A stretch of 64,000 nucleotides of DNA from Tubiluchus corallicola (taxonomy: Eukaryota > Animalia > Priapulida), in the NCBI GenBank assembly GCA_030141605.1, contig JAQGDQ010000999.1:1-64000 (forward strand). The letters are read 5' to 3'. Each line of letters begins with the position of its first letter. Within the stretch, counting starts at the first letter, position 1. A program made the translations under genes and the position numbers. Shown one piece after another: positions 13,401 through 26,400 of this stretch. A model generated the notes under the pieces. It searched no databases. It was not told where the DNA came from and saw only the letters and a list, made by a program, of their open reading frames with translations.

Positions 13401-16400
13401 CAAGGGTGCACACTGAGAGATGGCGATGCAGTGCCGTTTTACCAAATGGTGGGAATATTTTACATTGAGAATTTTCTTTGCATAATTGCATAAGACTTAC
13501 AAACAGGTAAGCATAATGCTAACTAATATAACTTTGTATGGAAAGTTTTTCGCGATTCACGCGAAAGAGTGTTTTTAAGAGTACTAGTGTGCTACAGTCA
13601 TTCTCTTTTTAGGCAACTTTGCTCCTGCTCTGTATTTAAAATAAATCTACCTGTGCTAATCTTGAACACAATTTCTCGGGCCAGGTCTTGTCCGGTGGCC
13701 ACTCGGGTATGAACACATAGTCAGCTTCACTAGCCAGAGCCGTCACCAAAGCCAAGTAACCGCAATGTCGACCCATCACTTCCATAACAAACATCCGCTG
13801 GTGGCTAAAACAATAATTAACACCTGACATAACACTATCGCAAAAAACAATGTTAAAAATATAATGAAACTTATATTTAAAAAACTGAACTCAATGAAAC
13901 GAACAAAAGGGAAATTACGCCCAGCATATGCCAGGTAGATTAAATTAAAATTGTGTTCCTAAGTGAAATTTGTGAAAAGGTCATACACGAAAACTCACAT
14001 ACAGCAACGAGTAACAGCGTGATGTAGACATCATTTTTTCAAGCTTGTATTTTTTTCAGTTTTGAAACGTAAATGAAAAGGAAATGTTAAATTACGACCC
14101 AAAAACACTTTCCGTGCAAATCTACATTACTTAGAATTTCGCTTACCCGCGGGAAACACTTATGTAACTAGACTAATCACTTAAAATGTTTGTGCCAGTT
14201 GGTAAAATGTCACTGACTCACCCTCCAGGGTGCGCCACTCACTAGCCAAAAACGTATTTTTAATCTTATTGACAAGATGCAGTAATTTAAAATTTTACTT
14301 AATTAGCAACATGTATGCTACGGATGCACTGATTATTTTCTCAAACTTTACTCAATGTTATGAAAACTTGTTTCAAACGACCTAAAATTAAAATGGCTGT
14401 GTCTAACGGTCATCGCGGGAGTTTAAATTTACACATTTTATACAGCGTTAAGGCCAATGCAAGCCATGCATACGAAAAGGTAGTATGTAAGTGGCACAAA
14501 ATTTGGAGACGAATTTTTTAAGCTTTATGTAAGTGGAGGGTTTTCTTGTGCTTTAAGCTTACACAGTGGTCATAACTTGCTTCACTCAAAAGTCTTAAAT
14601 TATTAAACGGTTAACACTCTACATCCCAATGTATTTCAATATAACCAGCTATTTTAATCAATTTTTAATAGGTTTCTAGCGGCTTCATGTTTTAAACAAA
14701 ACCGGTTTTCTGAAATAACAAGACGTCACAGAAGTAAAGTAAACTAACTACCATCTATAAGATGTACATAACACTCTGTAAATGCTGCGCATTGCTCTCA
14801 GCACAATAGCCGTTTAGTAAGAAGTAGCTTATATTGGGTGGCGCAGAAAAAAGTGCCGAGGTTTAGACTACAAGAAGCAAGAGTCTGCAAAGTCGAAACA
14901 TGATATTACACAACATTAACTTTCAACTGTGATATAGTTTATAGTTTTAGTGATTTCATAAATTATGGCTAAAAAATAAAATCTCAGAACTGGGTCAGCC
15001 TATAATCATCAACTGAAAAACAGCCGTATCGACGTATAAAACACATAACAGAAAAACAATAAAGAAATCAAACAGTTTACATCATGCTCTTCTACACATA
15101 AAATGAAACACTGAAGCAAATTTGTTGCCAAGTAAAAATGCGGCTCAATCCTCTCAATTAGTGGTACCCGGAATTCTCTTAAAGAGAAAGTGTATAACGG
15201 CCGCACAGAGCCATTTGATGCAGAGGAACTAAACGCAAAAATTGTTGATTAGTCGGATCAAATAACCCCTAAAAGAATTGAGGAACTCTGTTAGATGTTG
15301 GTGTCTAGTTTGCAGTGAAAATGGTGGACACACAGAGCACTTGCTGTAAATTTTAACGATAGCGACAACTTTTTTCCTGCACATTATTTTTTGACTTGTT
15401 GATTTAGAACTTCTGTACCTTTGGATACATCTAACAGAATCACCTAAAATTTTTGGTATTCATACTTAAATGTCTGTAGAATCAATGTTGTAAGATTCCA
15501 GTAATTCTATTATTCTCTTTTTACACTAACGTGATCAAAACTTTGGTACATCCTGATATATACTTATGCTCTTGCATTGACATTGCTTTACTAGTTTTCC
15601 ACATTTTTTTAGAATATTAATTTTAATGATGTATTTTCAATCTCTCTCTAGATTCTTCTATAAATAAATATCCGTAATTAAATTTCAAAGAGCAGCTGTT
15701 TCTAAAGTCACCTCAACAAAAATACACCTTTTGCTTGCTTTCATATTAAGCGCCAGTAAGTCCAAAATAACAACATATAAGAGCTAAAAATACTTGTCTC
15801 CTTCAAGTTAAGAAGCACATGGCTTCAGTTACGGCATGTGTCAGATTTGTTTAAATCTCAGTTCCTCAAGAGAGACCACTGTATTCATTTAAAACTGTTT
15901 TTACCAATTGATAATTTTAATTTAATATCTATTATCCAATTTGTTTTTGTCTCTTCTCTCTTTGCCAATCTGTCTGCAGCTTCTTGTTTCTATTTTTATT
16001 CCCCTGGTAACTGCTCAAGCTTCAAGCTACATGAACAGCTAAACGGAGTGACACATTTACAAACGGAGAACTATTCTGGTCACTACTTATGACACGGTAG
16101 TTCAAATTTCGAACAGAACAGTTCAATTACAGTCTGTAGATTTACACAAACAATTTTCCAAACGTCTGCTAGTAAGTAAGTAAGTAAGTAAGTATCTTTA
16201 TTTATCACCATTTTTACAAAAAAAACACAGAGCATGAAAACACATACCTAGCAGAAAAAAGAAGAAAAAACCAAAGTTGTTAAGACTAACAGGCAATTGG
16301 GGTATAGACATAACATAAAGTACAATTTCACAAGTAGCAGTGCAATGATATATATAAAGATGGCATTGTTACTATTTCTATTTTTACTATCTCTATAGCA

Positions 16401-19400
16401 AAATTCATGGTTAGTATCACTGTAAGTTCAGGTTAAGATCTTCAGCAGATATAATAAGTGAGTTTTTACCATTCATATGTATATACAGTTTGGTGAGTTC
16501 AACTTGAGTGTAATATAGTGGTTTAAGTTTTAGTTGTGTAAACAATTCCAAGACTAGGTATAAAGAGAAATAAGCATGTTTTTGTAGTTTGACACAAAGT
16601 AGTTAAGAGATTTGTTTTTGAACTTCCGAGGAACGGTCCCTGAACTTCTGAGGAATGGTCCCTGAAACCAGCAAAGAAACTAAATGAGCTTTTGACTGGG
16701 GCACTATATTCTGATTATTTTACCCCTGCATTAGATGTAGTTGACAATGCAAGCTCCACCACAGGTTTAAATTACGCTAAATCCAATCACTTTAGTTACA
16801 ACGACAATAAATTAACGACTTTTCTACTAAGCTGTGCTTAAAACTAACTAAATTTTTTTTTCACTCTTTAAGGCTCACTCAAAGTCGTAATTACATATTA
16901 TGTTTTCCTTTCTCAACTTTCAGGTTTATTGCTCTTATACCATTGCTATTATTACATCATTTACTTCATCCTTATTTATATTAAGTTATCTACAGAAGCA
17001 TGCATAACTATAATCATTTTTTCATTTAAGTAAGGTGAGTGTGTTAATGACCGTATGGTCGTACACTCACCTCGCACTACTCAAATTATTACATCATTTA
17101 CTTCATCCTTATCTACATTAAGTTATCTACAGAAGCATGCATAACTATAATCATTTTTTCATTTAAGTAAGGTGAGTGTGTTAATGACCGTATGGTCATA
17201 CACTGACCTCGCACTACTCAAATTATTACATCATTTACTTCATCCTTATTTATATTAAGTTATCTACAGAAGCACGCATAACTATAATCATTTTTCATTT
17301 AAGTATGGTGAGTGTGTTAATGACCGTATGGTCGTACACTCACCTCGCACTACTCAAATTATTACATCATTTACTTCATCCTTATTTATATTAAGTTATC
17401 TACAGAAGCACGCATAACTATAATCATTTTTTCATTTAAGTAAGGTGAGTGTGTTAATGGTCGTACACTCACCTCACACTACTCAAATTATTTTATTTAA
17501 AGTTTATTAATGTGTATGATATTGTATTTGATGTGTGAAAATAAATTCATAGTTCATAAAAAAAACTAATGCATTTAACTCATGAACAGGAAAGCCAATG
17601 AAAACCGAGATACAGTAGATACTTTTATTCTTGAAAATGACATATATATATATATTTAAAATATACAGCTGACAGTTTTACTGATCATACTATACACATA
17701 CTTTTTTTAATCTTTTTCAACATCTAAGTGAAGAAAACTATTAAAAAATAATATGAAACACTGCGTATACAAACATTTGTACAACAATGTATACATATAT
17801 TTAATTTCGGCATGAAGAGATACTACAGTAACTTATTACGGTAAAACCAGGTGCAAAGTAGTAATGTGCTAATGTCAAAAGTGAAATCACACCTTCACCT
17901 TACATCAGTGGTTCCCAAAGTAGGGGTAAATTACCCCCCAGGGGTAATATGTTTTTTTTTGGGGGGGGGGAGTAACGGGCACCCCTCTGAAAATTTTTAA
18001 AACTTCGCTCGGAAAGCATTGTACATAGTTTTCTTCTTGAAGAGACTGCCAGTAATAGTGAGCAGGTTCAGTAATTAGTAATTGTAATTCTTGTTTTGGC
18101 AACAATACAACAACAACACCTGGAAATTTATTTATGTCACGAGCAAACACAAATAATTTTGCTTGCTTGTGGCATATACGTGTGTTTACTTTTTGAGTTG
18201 GAGAAGTAGTACTAAGTGGGGGGTAATGGACAAGACCGGGTTTCCCGATTTGGGTAACGGTCCGAGAAAGTTTGGGAACCACTGCCTTACATGCTTACAG
18301 CTGATACTATACAGGTGTTAGGTATCTGACGTAGATCAGGGTAGAGCAATGTGGAATGATGTTAAACTTTCACAGAATGTAATGCTTTTTCATGGATAAA
18401 CTAAACAGTCTTAAATAAATTGCAAATTGCTATTCAAAAGAACTGTACATCTTCTTCACTGTATTATACTTTTGGTGTTATAAAAATATAAGTATGTATG
18501 TGTTAAAATGATTAGAATAGCTCAGTGGTAGTGTGCTGGCTTTCCATGTGGGAGGTCATGTGTTCAAATACCAGGCGAGCCACACTGATGACTCAAGAAA
18601 TTCTTATCAAACTAGTGAGTTGATCAATATAATGTGGGCAACAATAGTAATAATAATTTTTGTTATAAGTACAGTCGGCCCTCGTTAAACCGGACCCCGT
18701 TAGCCCGGATATCGGATAAGACGGACGTCATCCGTGGTAAAGGAAACTGACCGATTTCCGTCCGAGTCGGAGCGCTAAACACAACACGGCCTACCAACTG
18801 TACAATAATTTCTTTATCCTCACAGGTTAACTATTTTAAAGTAATATACAGTATAGTACATAGTGCACAGTATATAGTGCAATGTATATAGGCCTTATTA
18901 AAGTGATTATTCGTGTATAATATAGACCGTATATAGGCATATCGGACAATCGGCTAAACCGGACCACCCCCCCCCCAATTAGTCCAGTTTAACGAGGGTT
19001 GACTGTATGTATTTTATGATTCTATGTTAACCATTAACCTGAACCACATTCAGTGAACTACTAAAGAACTATCGAAAAAGTTTATTTTAGTGTGCTAGAA
19101 ACTCAAGAACTAAAATTCAGAATAAATGCTATTTGCAAAAAAATGTTTAGTAATATTTACAGTAAGAAACTCTGCGGGGCGGTTGCTGTATTTAGCTAAC
19201 AAGGATTAGCCTTCAAAACCATTCAATGGAACCAACAACTGTTAAGCCTATTTAACAAAAGGAATGAACTCACTCAGTCATTTCTATTTCCCAGAAAACA
19301 CCATTCAAGCTACTATTCAACTTTGCAGCTCATAAACACATATTCTAGCGAGACTAATAAGTAGGTACAGTTAACTGTACCAAAACCTGTCAATTGATAA

Positions 19401-22400
19401 TACAGGTAACAACACAGTGGGCTTGCAAAATCCAACCAAGCACCTACAAGACAGCTCTAGGAACTTAGTTTCCTAGAGACAACATTTGTAGCAAAAAAAA
19501 TGTTTACACAGTTCATGCTGTTAATGTGACATAAATTTGAAACTGAAATGAAACTTGGAGCAGTTTTTGTGTACAAAGTGGCAAGAGATTGTATGTACTC
19601 GAAATTTTTTTACATTAAAAACACTTTCTTTAAAAAAATACAAAAAAGACATTTAAAAGTAATCAAAAATTTTAAACTATTCCTGAATAAAATGCAAAGT
19701 TGTTGATGACAGTGAGAATAAGGAGACACTTATTTGCAAGTGTAAATAGGATATCCTGTTTTCAGGGATGTTAAAACGCAGAGTTTTATTAACGCAAAGC
19801 TGTGAAAACTAGTAAACTGCAATAAGTGAAGTGAAAATAAAATAATCATTTCGAAAAGAAACGAGTGTCTACAGAGTGAATTGGAAATTGTTAACCGGAT
19901 ACCTGGGCAGGAACATATCATGTTCACGTGATGCTAAGCACAGAATATCATATTCGCATCTGCAAGATATTACAAGCACAAAGCAAGCTGTAGTAAGCAC
20001 AGAACACAAGTGTTTAAAAGAACTTGTAAAACAAAAAACTCATAGTTAAGATTTTTTCGCATCCATACACAAATTAGACAGAAAGCTATACAATATCATG
20101 CAAACAGACACTGGTTGTTGACACAAAGTGCTGAATCGGTGCCTATAGTCATGTCTATAGCAAACAGTAGGAAACAATTAGCTCGACAGTGACACAACCT
20201 AAAATACACTGATTGTAACTGAAAAGATACTATTTTTTGACTTAATTGCATCTATTCTTATTTTAAGCCTAATCACAGAAGAAAACAATGTAAAACTATA
20301 GGAAAATGTTGATTCCCAATGTTTATTTGCCGTCCTTAATACTTAAAAAGATGCAAAAACCATCTGTCCCAGAAGTCAAACAATTACTGGAAACTTGTGA
20401 AGGCTCAATGGAATGGACACTGATTGCAGGTTACACCCTGGTCATAGCAATGCTGACCAACATTCGTTTTTTTTACTTCGTGGCAAAACGTAGAATAACT
20501 TCAAAAGAACGTGTTTGATTTGAAAACCCCATCTACCCGAGGCTTTCATGTTGAGTATTAACCCTTTCAGTCCCAAATTATTTTTTTAATAAGAAGAATT
20601 TTTTTGGCTTGGTACTTTTGTTCAGTATGTCCATCTTGTTTACACATAATAATTATTTTTTTCTACCTGTGCCCGTGTGCTAAATATAGTCTGTGTCCCA
20701 CGGGATACATTGGGATTCAATGGAAGCATAAAATGTGCTTCATTTTGCAACTGCTGATAATTTTTTAAAGTATTTAAGACATTTAGTATGCATGCTATGC
20801 TGATCTGTACAAAGTCGTCTCTAAAATACTGTACCTTGCACAGTTTTTTTATGCTATGTAGATTTTCTAGTTTGCCATTTTATCACCATTTTTAGTCTAT
20901 TGTTATTGGATTAAATTAAAATAACTATTAACAGATCAAATAACTGTCAGTTTTAAAATTTTATTAATTGTAAAGGCAGAAAATATTCTCGTATCCCACG
21001 GGATACAACGGGTATGAAAGGGTTAAAGGAAACCTACCTTTGTGCAGTTGTAGTGATGCAGTCGACAGCTTCAATGATTCTGTGAAGTGCAGAATCGGTG
21101 CCAATTGTCATGTCTGTGCCACAAAAATCATTGTCAATGGAGCCCACCATTCCAACAACATTCAGATGGCTGCAATCACGAAGCTGCTCTTGGGTAATTT
21201 TGCCTGCATAAAACAATTTAAGACGTTTATTCTTTTTCGTTACGAAAGTTTCTATCATCACTTCTGCATTTTCAATGCCATCTCTTACTGAAATTTTAAG
21301 ACAGGTGAAATTGATATACCGTTAGCCACGCTTAGGAAACCTGACAGCCTTTTACTCAAATTCAAAGTTCAACAAAGTAAGTGCAGTCAAAGTAGAAATA
21401 AATGCAATGTACAAGGTTAGAATGTCAAAATTGATTTTTTGTCACGCTTATCACAAAAATTTGGTGGCGATGCAATGTACAAAATTCCTATTACAATCAA
21501 ACTGCTTCGAGTCTTCCGTCAATTAAAACTATATCGGAAATTTTTTTGGCCACTTAATTTGTAGATAAGAAAACTATTATTTGTGACACAGGTATGAAAT
21601 GTAGTTAGCACTTTTTATTTTAGAATGATTCCTAATGACAGCAACCATTGCAAAATGATCTAATTTGGTTGTTCACTGAACTCTGAAGCCATACGCATGA
21701 CTCTTGACTGAAAAGTAAAATGCCAATAACCACTTTATTATGGCTTCTCGTGAGCCATTGTGCCATTCTCTCAACAAGAAAAGCAACTCAACAAAAAGGC
21801 TATTAACTAAAAATAAGCGTAGTAAAAACAGGTAATCTTTCGTGGAATCTACCACTCCGGTCCACTGTTGCTATGGTAACTGCCTGAAAGCATAAACCAA
21901 CACTGCTACAATGACACTTTTATATAGCAACTGAATGCAAAAATAGAGAAAAGACATTTCTCACCTTGACTAAACAGTTCATCGAGCAACTCGGCCCATT
22001 CATTTCGAAATATGTTAGCACCCGTCAGGCTCCCATCACCTCCGATCACAACTAGGTTAGTAATGCAGTGCTTTATCAGATTAAAAGCAGCCTTAAGTCT
22101 GCCCTCCCTTTTGCGAAAATCTGAGCAACGGGCACTCCCTATAATCGTGCCTCCCTAAAAATACGATTAAATTCAAATGACATCAACACCACACACAAAC
22201 AACAAAAAGAGACAAACAACTGTAAATCGTACAATTTACAACGATGCACACGTACAAAATCACCACCAAGGGAAAAGGGTCATCAGGTGAGTCACTGGTA
22301 AAAATTCAGATTTCAGTCCCTACTCGCTATCTTCAAACTCTCCCAACAGGGACCCAATCACATTGGCTGCCCGACCTCAGATGTTCAAGTGATAACTACA

Positions 22401-23377
22401 GACATAACACATAATACAAAGCAAACACAGAACATCAACAACAACGTAAACCAAAGTTCTGCAACAATGACAAAAGAGAGAAGGGGCTCTTACAACATGA
22501 CTACAAAGCGACAAAAGGCTAGACAAGATTCTCATTACCAAAATCACATCATGACAACAGCCACTTGTTTAACAGAATGCCAGCCAAACTTAAATAAAAG
22601 AAAATGGTGACATTTAAAAATATTTTCACAAGATTGAAGAAGACTCATCATACAGTAACCCTATATAATACTTGAATTGCATGGCATGAATGATGAATTC
22701 AACTTTTTCAAACGAGAAAAGTTTGCTTGTGTTGAGTGCGCCACCAAAATACTATTTATACTTTTATGCAGAATACTAATTACCAATTTTTACTTAACAG
22801 CTCGAATAAAATCTGCAGTTTCTAATCAATTCAATGTTTGTTAAAACCAAATTTAATTAGAAAAAATTTTGTAGCATCCGTTACGACATTATCCGCTGGA
22901 TAATAAAATGGACATTACTGCTTATTGTTACTTTTTGTCAATGCTCTTCTATCTCTTACATTTTTCTGGCTATCTGATTTCGTATGTATAAGTATCGGAT
23001 GACAAATAAGTGTTGACAAGCATATTGTATGTATATAAGGCGTATTGACAATTTGAATGTATACATATATCTATCGTATATATATATATATATATATATA
23101 TACAATATATACTCAAATTTATACTCATATATATATATTCACATATTCATATATATATATATATATATATATATTTGCAAAATTCACCATCGTAGGCAGA
23201 TGCAAAATTCACGCTGTCAAATAATAAATTTGCAAGATGGTGACACACGACTGCTAAGGCTTGTCCACACATAGAAAGTAAAAAATATGCATTAACACAC
23301 AAACGCCATTAACTGCACAAACGCGAAAACTCCTATTGTTTTCTGCACACTTTAACCACTATATATATAAAAAGATG

Positions 23378-23408
<31 letters not shown>

Positions 23409-26400
23409 GTAGGACAAAGGGATGCAAAGGACAGCTACACTTATTTTTCTGCAAAACCAGCACGTACCATTTGTATGATACCGGATACGGTCTTCCAGTC
23501 AGCTTCTTCAATATTGTCATCAACCATACCTTGGTAACCCTAAAACAACCCACATTAATTAGCCAGTAGTATTCCAACAGAGCAGTAAATACTTTTATTA
23601 ATAATTTGGCTGCTTTGTTAATAATAATCAAAAGAAACTTGATAAAAGTCACTATCAGTAAATACCATTACCAGTTTTAAGAAAGTAAAGAAGATAACAC
23701 ATCTTTGCAAATAAGTTACCTCTTTGATGAAGTATACTTTGCAGCCAACGTAAATTCCCATCCGTACGACAGCACGCACGGCTGCATTCATACCTGTAAT
23801 AAATAAATCATGAAATAAGCATTAAAGGTTGAAATAAATTGAAAAAAATCCTCGTCATGCCATCACCAAAAATAACGTAACTGCAACTCTGACATAACAA
23901 CACAGTAAAAACAGATCAAATGAGCATAATGGAAAATAAAGAAGCCAAAAATTTTACACATTTGAATAAACATTACGTGCGTATAAAATTTAAATAAGCG
24001 TGTCTTTGAAATGAATGTCAAAACAGTGATTGTCAGCCAGGCTATTCTTTCATATGTACATTTTGAAAACAAATTTTGCATTTAAAAGGTAAAAACAAAA
24101 GCAGACCAACTTCTATTACTTGAGTGCACACTATTTCATGAATATACTAGAAGTGTATAATATGCAGGTATGTTACAAATAATTACAATAATGAATCGTG
24201 AATGTTTATTTCACAAACATAAACACAAGTACAATTAACAAATCAGAGACTTAAAGGACAAGAGAAGGGTACCTGAAGTAGCTTTCAGAAAAATCGTATA
24301 CTAGAAGTGTATAATATGCAGGTATGTACAAATCTTTATTTCACAAACATAAACACAAGTACATTTAACAAATCAGAGACTTAAAGGACAAGAGAAGGGT
24401 ACCTGAAGGAGGTTTCAGAAAAATCGTCTTAAAAATTATATTACTTTACAGCAATTTCATACGTATATCGCACTCGCGTTAAAAGGAATTGTCGTTTGTT
24501 TTCATTTTAAATCTCCCGCAATGCTGTTCCGACCACACCATTACATGACATCATATATGCACAACGTAAATCGGGGGAAGGAAATGTTTAAATATTTCTA
24601 AAGTGCATCAGTCACTCAAATTTGTAAGTGTTAAACGATAAAAAAGGCATACCTTGGGCGTCCCCTCCACTGGTAAATACGGCAATACCACGACCCGTGT
24701 GACATCCTTGCGTCACCGTTTCCCCTTCTATTCCTAATATAGGCACTACCGAAAGAGGATCGCCATCGGTCACAGACTCCAGCCGCTGCAGCTTGGGCAC
24801 GCTTTTCACAGGACTAGGAGAGGAAATGTCGTTCATGACCACATCCTATTAAAAACTCATTTGAATCAATGGGGAAGTATATGGGTCATTCTCCACAGAA
24901 CGTACAAATGTCGTCCCATGATGCCCTTTCTTAAAAAACAAATTTTCTGGTGAAAAATCATCTCATTACTGATAGGTACCAAGGAAATAGACTGCTTCCA
25001 GTTGTATACTATGCCACAAAAGTATTTCGGACATCTCAGGTGAAGCTGAAAAGGGATCCTTGTAAAGTTTTTCCACTGTCCCCAGTGCCCTTTTTCAACA
25101 TTTTCGATGCACTAGATTTGGTAGGGAGTATCCATTTAAGTATTTTATTTGCATGTTTTATTCTAAATAGTACACTAAATACAAATACATTCTTCTCAAA
25201 TACTTTCAGAATCAACAAATATGAGTATTGCTTAATTTGATGTGTGTCTCCATGTTCAATGTCATTCCTGTTACTTTTATGAAAAAGGTCAGTCACATGC
25301 TACTGATTAACCCTATTGCTTTAATTCTTTGTCACCAGAGGGCACCATATATGTATTACATAATAAAAAGTGTCATGCAAGCTTTATGTAAAACGCATGT
25401 AATTTCAAAAGCAACACAGTCATTCAGCATCGCACTAGTTTATAACAGGTTGAAAACAGAAGTGAAAAAAACAAGCAGAAGAATCGGACAAATATTAATA
25501 TTAACATCCCGCGAATATGTCAAAAATAAGTAAGGCTAAACTAGCAGATACCAAGATGCACTTTAGCATGCTAAAAATTCATATCTGGCTACCTATTTCA
25601 ATAAATCACCCAAGGCCGGCCACAAAAAATTGTTTCTGTCTTACCTCATGTCAGTAGGGAGGGTGGAAATTTTTTTAAAGCTTTGTGTTCAAATGTTTAA
25701 AGCTGAATCGAAGCTGATCAGCAGTAATGTTTTAAATTTTTTCTGTGCCCATTTTTCACACTTTGCTTTTTAGTTTCGCATTACTAAATTATCGTATAAT
25801 TATCGATTATTGTATAGCCTCTTTTTTATAAATGACAGCTACTCAGCCACTACTTTTTCGAAACTTTTTAGCCTCCAATACAATGAGTGTTATACAAAAC
25901 GGCAAACCTTGCTGAGAGTTAGCCGTGGAAAAACATGGTCGCATCCCGCGTTCCCCGAAAAAGATCAATTTTATAATAATTATTGTGTTTTACGTTTTAA
26001 TTTAAAAAAAATACGCTCTTATATGACTGCATCAATTAAGTATATGAACATACAAAAAAAATATAAACTCCCGGTCTGGTGTGCGATAAAAAAATATTAC
26101 CCGGGCGATTAGACGGAAACAGTTAAGTATTTTTATAGTTGGCCTAATAAACTAGTTAATCCTTTATGAATAGGCTAGAGGTAAAGTACTATAAGTTATA
26201 TTTGAATCAGTGCAAGTAAATCTGAACACTATCAAGTATAAGTACAAGTACAAATCAGGGATGAGAATGACAAATTGCAAAAAACTCTGAAACAGGCCGG
26301 GGGTTTGTGGGCCGCACAGCCAGCAACAAATTGCAATTTTGTGATCGTAGAGAGCCTCTAAGTGGACTTAGTTATCTAGTATATCTAAATATCAGTTACC

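Noticed and set aside
14223-14242. 20-nt exon candidate in PFK intron 6
   Set aside because: Phase is incompatible with exon 7, and it lies in repeat-like sequence
18517-18605. tRNA gene, or hammerhead core CTGATGA...GAAA
   Set aside because: No intact acceptor or anticodon stems; hammerhead stem II and cleavage-site pairing are absent; better read as a SINE head
20440-20470. MLVSI similarity to MVGSIDND
   Set aside because: Too short, and in the wrong order relative to the exon 6 relic
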